A DNA stretch of 47,124 nt from contig VGBY01000001.1 in the NCBI GenBank assembly GCA_016870295.1, positions 1 through 47,124 of the forward strand, written 5' to 3'. The notes below the pieces were generated by a model. That model did no database searches and was not told the DNA's origin. It was given only the letters and a program-made list of their open reading frames with translations. Positions within the stretch are counted from its first letter, which is position 1. Each line of letters starts with the position of its first letter. The DNA comes from Actinomycetota bacterium (GTDB lineage Bacteria; Actinomycetota; Acidimicrobiia; Acidimicrobiales; Ilumatobacteraceae). Shown here piece after piece: positions 27,586 through 34,843 of this stretch. The translations under genes were made by a program, and so were the position numbers.

Positions 27586-28038
27586 CTACGCGTCGAGCGC
27601 TTCCAACAGGAACTTCGGGGTGTCTTTCGGCGAGATCTTGTACCACGCGTGGAGAATCTTGCCATTGCCGTCAATGAGGAAGGCCGAACGCTCGATGCCC
27701 ATGTACTCGCGTCCGTACATCGACTTCTTCTTCCACACCTTGTACGCCTTCGCGACAACATGCTCCTCGTCGGCCAGCAACGGGAACCCGAGTTTGTACT
27801 TGGTGTCAAACTTCAACTGTTTGGCCGGGGTGTCAGGGCTGATACCGATGATGACGGTGCGACCAATCTCGTCTTGTATCCCGCTCAGCAAACACGACTG
27901 CTGCGTACAACCGGGTGTGTCGGCTTTCGGATAAAAGTAGACGAGAACTTTACGCTTGGCGAACTCCTTCAGGGTGCGCCGTTCGCCGTGTTGGTCGAGC
28001 AACGAAATTGCCGGGGCCTTGTCACCGACTTTCAGCAT
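27586..28038 (-). CDS. bcp: Thiol peroxidase / peroxiredoxin Bcp
   Basis: YFYPKADTPGCTQQSC peroxidatic Cys motif. 150 aa. Confidence 0.9.
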   Translation of the reverse strand: MLKVGDKAPAISLLDQHGERRTLKEFAKRKVLVYFYPKADTPGCTQQSCLLSGIQDEIGRTVIIGISPDTPAKQLKFDTKYKLGFPLLADEEHVVAKAYKVWKKKSMYGREYMGIERSAFLIDGNGKILHAWYKISPKDTPKFLLEALDA

Positions 28039-28047
28039 GCGAAGAAA

Positions 28048-28821
28048 CTACTCGTCGATTGCTCTGCGCACCTCGGCCACGAACGCACCGACCGAGTCCA
28101 CACCTTCATCGAGCAGTCGCCGCATAATTGCTGCCCCTTGGATTACACCGTCGGCAACGGTGCAGGCTTCCCGAGCCTGGATGGCATCGGAGACTCCGAC
28201 TCCGACCAACACCGGTACGTCCGTAACGGCCTTCACTCGCCGCGCGATGGTGAGTGCGCTCGTGGCGAGAGTTTCTCGCTCACCCGTAACGCCCAGCAAT
28301 CCGACTGCGTAGACGAATCCCCGGGCCCGTACCGCAATTCGTGGCAGGCGTTCATTGGGTGCCGTCGGCGCAGCGAGCATCACGGTTGCCAGCCCGGCGT
28401 CGTCGGCTGCTGCACACCACTCTCCTGCTTCCTCCAGCGGAAGGTCGGGCACGATCACACCATTCACCCCCGCCGCTCTCACCTGATGAGCGAATCGCGC
28501 GTGGCCGGCGCGGAAGACCGTGTTGTAGTAACACATCACCACCAGTGGAACGTCGACGTCGAGGTCTCGCACGCCGTCAAGAATTGCGTTCACGGTGGCA
28601 CCACTACCGAGTGCGATCGTTGACGCACGCTGGATGACGGGTCCGTCCATGACGGGATCGGAAAATGGGAGACCAACTTCGACGGCATCCGCACCGTTCG
28701 CCACCGCCGTACGAATCGCATCGGTCCACCCCGGCACGCCACCCGTCACGTACGGCACGAGGATCTTGCGACCGGCGTTGCGCAGCTCGCGCAGTCGCGG
28801 TTCGAGTGCGACTCCAGGCAT
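28048..28821 (-). CDS. trpA: Tryptophan synthase alpha chain
   Basis: 257 aa. Motifs ILVPYVTGG, VEVGLPFSDPVMDGPVIQ and GVIVPDLP. Follows trpB. Confidence 0.92.
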   Translation of the reverse strand: MPGVALEPRLRELRNAGRKILVPYVTGGVPGWTDAIRTAVANGADAVEVGLPFSDPVMDGPVIQRASTIALGSGATVNAILDGVRDLDVDVPLVVMCYYNTVFRAGHARFAHQVRAAGVNGVIVPDLPLEEAGEWCAAADDAGLATVMLAAPTAPNERLPRIAVRARGFVYAVGLLGVTGERETLATSALTIARRVKAVTDVPVLVGVGVSDAIQAREACTVADGVIQGAAIMRRLLDEGVDSVGAFVAEVRRAIDE

Positions 28822-28838
28822 CGTTTGGTTGCCGACGA

Positions 28839-30020
28839 CTAGTGCCGCTCGGCGTCGAGGCGAGGCCCGAGCACGTTCATCATTTGAGCGACATCTTTGT
28901 CACCACGTCCGGACAGGTTCATCAGCACCGTCTTGCCCTGCATGTTCGGTGCTTCGCGGGCGATCCACGCCACGACATGTGCGCACTCGAGTGCGGGGAT
29001 GATCCCCTCGGTTCGCGACAGCAACTGGAAGCCCTCGATCACCTCTGCATCCGTGACGCTCGGGTACTCGGCACGACCACTCGACGAAAGGTACGAGTGT
29101 TCCGGCCCAACGCCCGGATAATCGAGGCCGGCTGAGATTGAATGCGCCTCCTGCACTTGGCCTTCTTCGTCTTGCAGCAAGAAACTCTTCATGCCGTGCA
29201 CGACGCCGGGCACACCGCGTCCGACCGCGGCCCCGCCAGCCGGCTCCACGCCGACGAGCCGCGCGTTCGTGTCGACGAAACCGCTGAAGATGCCGATGGC
29301 ATTCGAACCACCGCCAACGCAGGCGGTAACGACATCGGGGTCGCGACCAGTGAGTTCGCGCATCTGCTCACGCGCCTCGTCACCGATGATGCTCTGGAAC
29401 TGTCGCACCATGAACGGATACGGATGCGGGCCCATCACCGAGCCGATGCAGTAGTACGAGTGCTCGACACTCGCCACCCAATCGCGCATGGCTTCGTTGA
29501 CCGCATCCTTCAACGTGCGGCTGCCGGATTGCGCCGCCTCCACCTCGGCGCCAAGCAGACGCATTCGAAACACATTGAGTGCCTGGCGCTCCACATCGAC
29601 GGCTCCCATATACACCTTGCAGGTGAGCCCGAGCAGCGCCGCTGCAGTCGCCGACGCCACACCATGCTGACCCGCGCCGGTTTCGGCGATGAATCGCTGC
29701 TTGCCCATCCGCCTGGCAAGCAACGCCTGGCCGAGCACGTTGTTGATCTTGTGCGAGCCCGTGTGGTTGAGGTCTTCTCGCTTCAGGATGAGTCGAATGC
29801 CGAGCCGTCGCCCGAGGTTGTGGCACTCGGTGAGGATCGAAGGTCGCCCCGCGTACTCGCGCTGCAGCCGCGTCAATTCGCCACGAAATGCCGGATCGGA
29901 CCACGCCTCATGGAAGGCCCGCTCGAGTTCTTGACAAGCGGGAACCAAGGTTTCAGGAACGTATTGACCGCCGAACTCCCCGAAGCGACCATCGCGCGAC
30001 GGAGCAGCGAGACCGGTCAC
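28839..30020 (-). CDS. trpB: Tryptophan synthase beta chain
   Basis: Motifs [10 protein letters not shown], the PLP-lysine motif HTGSHKINN, and GGGSNAIG. I prefer the GTG at 30020, just after the trpF stop at 30025-30027. The ORF-track ATG at 30089 would overlap trpF by 65 nt. Confidence 0.92.
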   Translation of the reverse strand: MTGLAAPSRDGRFGEFGGQYVPETLVPACQELERAFHEAWSDPAFRGELTRLQREYAGRPSILTECHNLGRRLGIRLILKREDLNHTGSHKINNVLGQALLARRMGKQRFIAETGAGQHGVASATAAALLGLTCKVYMGAVDVERQALNVFRMRLLGAEVEAAQSGSRTLKDAVNEAMRDWVASVEHSYYCIGSVMGPHPYPFMVRQFQSIIGDEAREQMRELTGRDPDVVTACVGGGSNAIGIFSGFVDTNARLVGVEPAGGAAVGRGVPGVVHGMKSFLLQDEEGQVQEAHSISAGLDYPGVGPEHSYLSSSGRAEYPSVTDAEVIEGFQLLSRTEGIIPALECAHVVAWIAREAPNMQGKTVLMNLSGRGDKDVAQMMNVLGPRLDAERH

Positions 30021-30024
30021 TGTT

Positions 30025-30642
30025 TCACGATACAAGTGCGTCGAATGCGCGCTGCGCGTTCGCGACGAAGCGGCGCACCTTTGCGGCATCCTTGCGACCT
30101 GGCTCGCGTTCGACGCCGCTGCTCACGTCGACGCCGTACGGTGCGACGAGCGAAATCGCATCACCGACGTTGTCGGGTGTGAGACCACCCGACACCACGT
30201 ACCGCACACCCTTGGGCAGCGTCGTCAGTAGTTGCCAGTCGTAGGTTTCACCCGAGCCCGGGTTGACGGAATCGACGAGGATGAGGTCGGTGCGGTAGCG
30301 ATCGCACTGCTCGGCATCGCGTGAACCCGCTACGACCGCCTTCATCACCCAGCCGAACTCGGCGGTTACCTGCTCCACTTCAGAAACCGTTTCGCGGCCG
30401 TGCAACTGGGCACCACGCAATCCCACTTCGCGCATCACCCGCGACACCGACTTCACATCGTGGTCGCGAAAGACACCCACGGTGATGATGCCGGGCGGCA
30501 GTCGTTTCACGATGTCAGCGGCGCGACCCGGTGTGATCTGGCGCTTCGACGGCGCAAAGACGAAACCGATTGCCGTTGCGCCCATCGCGACACTGAGCAG
30601 CGCGTCTTCCTCGTTCGTGATGCCGCAGATCTTGACGAACAT
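30025..30642 (-). CDS. trpF: Phosphoribosylanthranilate isomerase (standalone TrpF)
   Basis: The true start is MFVKICGIT at 30642, 5 nt after the trpC stop. The ORF-track N-terminal 37 aa lie inside trpC. The C-terminal part reads GGLTPDNV...GVDVSSGVE. Confidence 0.88.
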   Translation of the reverse strand: MFVKICGITNEEDALLSVAMGATAIGFVFAPSKRQITPGRAADIVKRLPPGIITVGVFRDHDVKSVSRVMREVGLRGAQLHGRETVSEVEQVTAEFGWVMKAVVAGSRDAEQCDRYRTDLILVDSVNPGSGETYDWQLLTTLPKGVRYVVSGGLTPDNVGDAISLVAPYGVDVSSGVEREPGRKDAAKVRRFVANAQRAFDALVS

Positions 30643-30647
30643 CGTGA

Positions 30648-31451
30648 TTACGAAGGTAGTGCGACCCGCAATTCGGACACCGACTTTGCACGGTCGACGC
30701 TGCGCACCAGGTGCTCGCCGACGAGCACGGCGCGATAACCAGCCGCGGCGCAACGTTGCGCATCCGCCCGGCTGGTGATGCCCGACTCGGCGACGGCGAT
30801 GACGTCCCCAGGGATACGGGCTGCCACCCGTTCCGCACGGTGTACATCAACGTCGAACGTTCGCAGGTCCCGTTGGTTGACGCCGACCACTCGGGCGCCA
30901 ACGGCGAGGGCTCGGTCGAGTTCTGCCTCGTCGTGTACTTCGACGAGTGCCGCAAGATTGCAGTCGGTCGACAGTGCATGCAGGCTCCGTAATTCTTCAT
31001 CGGTGAGAGCAGCCACGATGAGCAATACCGCGTCGGCACCCATCAACACCGCGTCGAGGATGTCGACTTCACTGACGACAAAGTCCTTGCGCAACACCGG
31101 CAACGACACCGCGGCGCGAGCGGCCCGTAAATCGTCGGCACTGCCACCGAAATGCTGTACATCGGTCAACACCGACAAGCACGCCGCACCGCCTCGTTCG
31201 TACTCGTGAGCCACCACCGCTGGGTCGAGCAAACCATCGAGGTCGCCCTTTGAGGGCGAGCGACGTTTGATCTCCGCGATCACCGCCAATTGGTTGGATG
31301 CGGTGAGCGCATTCGTGAACGAGCGCCCAGTCGAACCGGTTGTCCGTGCCTCCCGCTGCGCGACCACGCGCTCGCGCAGTGCCGCAACTTCGCGGGTGTC
31401 GGCGGCCGCCCGCCGACGATGCCACGCGAGGATGTCATCGAGATAGGTCAC
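30648..31451 (-). CDS. trpC: Indole-3-glycerol phosphate synthase
   Basis: Motifs IAEIKRRSPSKG, LSVLTD...F.GS and VLRKDF. 267 aa. Confidence 0.92.
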   Translation of the reverse strand: MTYLDDILAWHRRRAAADTREVAALRERVVAQREARTTGSTGRSFTNALTASNQLAVIAEIKRRSPSKGDLDGLLDPAVVAHEYERGGAACLSVLTDVQHFGGSADDLRAARAAVSLPVLRKDFVVSEVDILDAVLMGADAVLLIVAALTDEELRSLHALSTDCNLAALVEVHDEAELDRALAVGARVVGVNQRDLRTFDVDVHRAERVAARIPGDVIAVAESGITSRADAQRCAAAGYRAVLVGEHLVRSVDRAKSVSELRVALPS

Positions 31452-31456
31452 ACCCG

Positions 31457-32764
31457 TCAGAAGCCGAGGCGCTCGGCGAAGTAGCCGATCAAACCGGCGA
31501 TCGGCACACGGTCTTGGGTCGTCGTGTCACGGTCGCGCACGGTGACCGCGCCATCTTCGAGCGAATCAAAGTCGACCGTGACACAGCACGGTGTGCCGAT
31601 CTCGTCTTGGCGTCGATAGCGACGACCGATGGCTTGCGTTTCGTCGTAGTCACACATGTAGCGGGCAGACAACGTGGCGAAGATGCTCTCAGCGAGCGGG
31701 GTGAGCGTGTCCTTTTTGGAGAGCGGCAGTACCGCAATTTGGTACGGCGCGATTCGCGGATGCAACCGCAGCACGGTGCGCGGCTCGTCGTTGACGATGT
31801 CCTCGTCGTAGGCAGCAAGGAGGAATGCCGCCATCGTGCGGTTCACCCCCGCCGCGGGTTCCACGACGTAGGGCACGTAGCGCTCGTTCGTTGCCTGGTC
31901 GAAGTAGTCGAGTCGCTGCCCGGAATGTTGCGAGTGCTGGGTGAGGTCGTAGTCGGTACGTTGCGCGATGCCTTCCAACTCCCCCCATCCCCATGGAAAC
32001 AGGAATTCAATATCGCAGGTGCCGGCGGAATAATGCGACAACTCGTCCTTGTCGTGCTCGCGTAGTCGCAGCATTTCACGCGGGACACCGTGGCTCACGT
32101 ACCAATCGAGCCGGGAGGTCTTCCAGTACTCGTACCACTGCGGACTCTCGCTCGGCGGGACGAAGAATTCGAGTTCCATCTGTTCGAACTCTCGAGTGCG
32201 GAAGATGAAATTGCCCGGCGTGATTTCGTTGCGGAACGACTTGCCGACCTGCGCGATACCAAACGGCGGTTTCTTGCGACTGGTCGCCAGAACATTGGTG
32301 AAGTTGACGAACATCCCCTGGGCGGTTTCGGGACGCAGGTACACCTCGGTGCCCGCACCTTCGATGGGGCCGGCATGCGTCTTGAACATGAGATTGAACG
32401 CCCGCGCCTCGGTGAATGCGCAGCCCTTCATCTTCTGCGGGCAATCGCGCGTCTCGAGTTGATCTTGGCGGAAGCGCCGCTTGCACACGGTGCAGTCAAC
32501 GAGTGGGTCACTGAAGTTCGCCAGATGGCCACTGGCCTCGAAGGTTTGCGGCGGATTGAGGATCGCGGCGTCGATGAGCACCACATCGGTGCGCTGCTGC
32601 ACGACGGCGCGCACCCAAGCATCCTTCACGTTGCGCAGCATCAAGGCCCCGAGCGGACCGTAGTCGTATGACGACCGGAAGCCACCGTAGATTTCGGCAC
32701 TGGGAAACGCGAATCCGCGGCGCTTTGCGAGATTGACGATCTGGTCCAAATCCTTCGCCGGCAC
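31457..32764 (-). CDS. glyQS: Glycine--tRNA ligase (dimeric class II, GlyQS type)
   Basis: Motifs RRGFAFPSAEIYGG and FRNEITPGNFIFRTREFEQMELEFF (class II motif 2 region), plus a C-terminal anticodon-binding domain. 435 aa. Confidence 0.93.
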   Translation of the reverse strand: MPAKDLDQIVNLAKRRGFAFPSAEIYGGFRSSYDYGPLGALMLRNVKDAWVRAVVQQRTDVVLIDAAILNPPQTFEASGHLANFSDPLVDCTVCKRRFRQDQLETRDCPQKMKGCAFTEARAFNLMFKTHAGPIEGAGTEVYLRPETAQGMFVNFTNVLATSRKKPPFGIAQVGKSFRNEITPGNFIFRTREFEQMELEFFVPPSESPQWYEYWKTSRLDWYVSHGVPREMLRLREHDKDELSHYSAGTCDIEFLFPWGWGELEGIAQRTDYDLTQHSQHSGQRLDYFDQATNERYVPYVVEPAAGVNRTMAAFLLAAYDEDIVNDEPRTVLRLHPRIAPYQIAVLPLSKKDTLTPLAESIFATLSARYMCDYDETQAIGRRYRRQDEIGTPCCVTVDFDSLEDGAVTVRDRDTTTQDRVPIAGLIGYFAERLGF

Positions 32765-32805
32765 TCGCCTCAGGCTACTGATTTGGACTGCGCGGCGTCG
32801 GCAAT

Positions 32806-33537
32806 TCAGCCGGCTTGCGGCGCCTTGAACAGCGCCGACGAACGAATGCGCCGCTCGAGGTGATGTTCCATCGCAGTACGCGCAAGATCCATCACTTCGC
32901 GCACCACGACGGTGGGTGTTTCGGCTCGTTGCAGCACGACTGCCACCCGACCATCGAGGATTGACTGCACGATGTTCATTGCTTCACCAGAGACTGCGAG
33001 CCCCCGCTTGTGCGTGCGGCATTGCGCGCCTCCCGCAACGATGTCAAAGGCGCACAAATCGTCGCGAGTCCCGCAGACGATGCATTGGTCGACACACGGG
33101 CCGACCCCTTCGGCGGCGAGCAGGCGCAACTGCAGTGCCGGCAAGACCAACGGCGAAAATGCAGAGTTCAGCTGACGAAGCGCACCGACCAACATGCGAT
33201 ACAAATGCGGGCTTGGTTCACGATCGTGCGCCATCTGCTCGACGACTTCACACATGGCCAGGCCGTCGGTGGTTGCTTCGAGGTTGCTGCGCAAGGAGTT
33301 GGCAATCTCCACGAGTTCCACTTGATTCACGACATCGAGGTTGCGGCCCCGATACAGCTGTACTTGCACGTGACTCAACGGCTCGAGTCGCGATCCGAAC
33401 CGCGAACCCGGTTTGCGCACGCCCTTGGCAACCGCGCGCACCTTGCCCGAATCCTGGGTGACGATCGTGATGATGCGGTCGGTCTCCCCCAACTTGTGGG
33501 TACGAACCACGACACCGACGTCCCGGTAGAGCGGCAT
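32806..33537 (-). CDS. recO: DNA repair protein RecO
   Basis: N-terminal OB fold (YRDVGVVVRTHKLGETDRIITIVTQDSGKVRAVAKGVR) and a zinc-finger-like CxxC...C region (CIVCG...C...C). 243 aa. The ATG overlaps the upstream stop by 1 nt. Confidence 0.9.
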   Translation of the reverse strand: MPLYRDVGVVVRTHKLGETDRIITIVTQDSGKVRAVAKGVRKPGSRFGSRLEPLSHVQVQLYRGRNLDVVNQVELVEIANSLRSNLEATTDGLAMCEVVEQMAHDREPSPHLYRMLVGALRQLNSAFSPLVLPALQLRLLAAEGVGPCVDQCIVCGTRDDLCAFDIVAGGAQCRTHKRGLAVSGEAMNIVQSILDGRVAVVLQRAETPTVVVREVMDLARTAMEHHLERRIRSSALFKAPQAG

Positions 33538-34109
33538 CAGGAATCGATTCCTCCGAAGCGTCGATCACGGCGAGCAAAGTCGTCGATGGCCATTTCGAGA
33601 TGTTCGGCATCCAATCCGCTCCATGGCGCGTCAAGGAACACGATTTCGGCATAGGCCAGTTCCCACACCAACGATGGCGGTATGTCAACCGCGCTACCGA
33701 GCACGACCACCAGATCGGGTTCACCTGGAGCCGGCGCCGAGATGGTTGCCGCCAACCGTTGTTCTGTGATGTGTGAGGCACCGATTTTGCTCGCCGCCCG
33801 CGCGATGCGTTCTTGTCCGTCGGCACAGAGATCGACGATGACCGTCACGCCGTGTTCGCCGAGCACGATGATGCGATCGGCGTATGGTTCACCGCCACAC
33901 TGGTCGCAGAGGGTCGCTCGGAGGTGCTCGACCTGCGACACGGCTCCCGGACCGTACGGAACAAGCGTCACCCACTCGGCTCCGCCACGCTGCGCCGCCT
34001 GCGCCAAGAGTACGAGGCGTTTCTTCCATTTCTCAGCGTCGGTTGCCGTCCATTCGGCGACGGTTCCTGCACACACCAAGATATGTGGGAGTGTCGACCG
34101 CGATACCAC
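33537..34109 (-). CDS. cis-Prenyltransferase (UppS) family protein, catalytically degenerate but retaining the C-terminal RxG motif
   Basis: 190 aa. The C-terminal half aligns by eye to UppS (PDLVVVLGSAVDIPPSLVWELAYAEIVFLDAPWSGLDAEHLEMAIDDFARRDRRFGG). The N-terminal DGNGRWA motif is replaced by CAGTVAEW, and the FS(S/T)ENW motif by VPYGPG. GTG start with a gagga SD. Confidence 0.65.
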   Translation of the reverse strand: MVSRSTLPHILVCAGTVAEWTATDAEKWKKRLVLLAQAAQRGGAEWVTLVPYGPGAVSQVEHLRATLCDQCGGEPYADRIIVLGEHGVTVIVDLCADGQERIARAASKIGASHITEQRLAATISAPAPGEPDLVVVLGSAVDIPPSLVWELAYAEIVFLDAPWSGLDAEHLEMAIDDFARRDRRFGGIDS

Positions 34110-34141
34110 CGTTACATCCTCGCACTAGCAAGTAGTTTCTG

Positions 34142-34843
34142 ATGGGCAACATGACATCGTCGGCAGCCGCTTCTCGGGTCGGGTCGGGTGCCCTGCACAT
34201 CGCCTGCATCATGGATGGCAACGGGCGTTGGGCCAAACGGCGCGGGCTGCCCCGCACTGCCGGACACACCGCCGGCGAAGAGGCGCTGGCCACGGTGGTG
34301 CGTGAGGCCGCCCAACGTGATGTGGGTTGGCTCACCGTCTTTGGCTTCAGCACCGAAAACTGGGTGCGGCCCCCTGCGGAAGTTCGTCACATCCTCGGGC
34401 TCCACCGAAAGTTGTTCGGACGCATCGAAGAACTCAACGCCAACAATGTGCGAGTCAACTGGATTGGTCGGCCCTTCGACGAACCAGGCTCGCGTACACC
34501 TGCCAACGTGCAGAAGGCGATTCGTCAGGCGATCGAAGACACGAAGCACAACACCGGCATGGTGCTGACCGTCGCATTCGACTACGGCAGTCGTGCCGAG
34601 ATCGTGCGGGCGGCGCGTCACGCGGCGGAATTCAGCCCGGGCGGTATCGCCGCCAATTTGTACGACGCCACGTTGCCACCGGTCGACGTGCTGGTGCGCA
34701 CCTCGGGCGAGTCACGTATCTCCAACTTCATGCTGTGGCAGGCCGCCCATGCCCGGGTGTATTTCACCGATTGCTCGTGGCCCGACTTCGGCGGTCGGCA
34801 ACTTGACGAAGCGATCGCACTCGCGCGAACGCATCGCGCATGA
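34142..34843 (+). CDS. uppS: Isoprenyl (undecaprenyl/decaprenyl) diphosphate synthase, cis-prenyltransferase, lacking the usual C-terminal RxG tail
   Basis: Catalytic motifs are present: IMDGNGRWA, GH, FGFSTENW, VRTSGESRISNFMLWQ. The protein ends ...LDEAIALARTHRA, directly at the position where homodimeric UppS enzymes carry R-E-R-R-F-G-G. The stop overlaps the dinG ATG (ATGA). Confidence 0.88.
   Translation: MGNMTSSAAASRVGSGALHIACIMDGNGRWAKRRGLPRTAGHTAGEEALATVVREAAQRDVGWLTVFGFSTENWVRPPAEVRHILGLHRKLFGRIEELNANNVRVNWIGRPFDEPGSRTPANVQKAIRQAIEDTKHNTGMVLTVAFDYGSRAEIVRAARHAAEFSPGGIAANLYDATLPPVDVLVRTSGESRISNFMLWQAAHARVYFTDCSWPDFGGRQLDEAIALARTHRA

Noticed and set aside
30643-30753. N-terminal extensions in the ORF track for trpF (30643-30753), trpB (30021-30089), the response regulator (37397-37465), the acyl-CoA dehydrogenase (43619-43717) and the membrane protein (40424-40501).
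   Set aside because: The extensions overlap neighbouring genes or are Arg-rich and non-conserved-looking. In each case an internal start coincides with the canonical family N-terminus ([13 protein letters not shown]...[36 protein letters not shown]) and with tight gene spacing.
32184-32199. A TCGAAC-containing sequence (TCGAACTCTCGAGTGC) resembling half of an actinobacterial LexA SOS box. Other TCGAAC occurrences lie inside uvrB and trpC.
   Set aside because: Only one half-site matches and the second half (GAGTGC) does not. All occurrences are inside coding regions, far from any start codon.
32765-32805. A T-box riboswitch upstream of glyQS and a trp leader or attenuator upstream of trpC.
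   Set aside because: The spacers are only 41 nt and 5 nt. That is far too short for a T-box (roughly 200 nt or more) or a leader peptide with attenuator, and no specifier or T-box sequence is visible.
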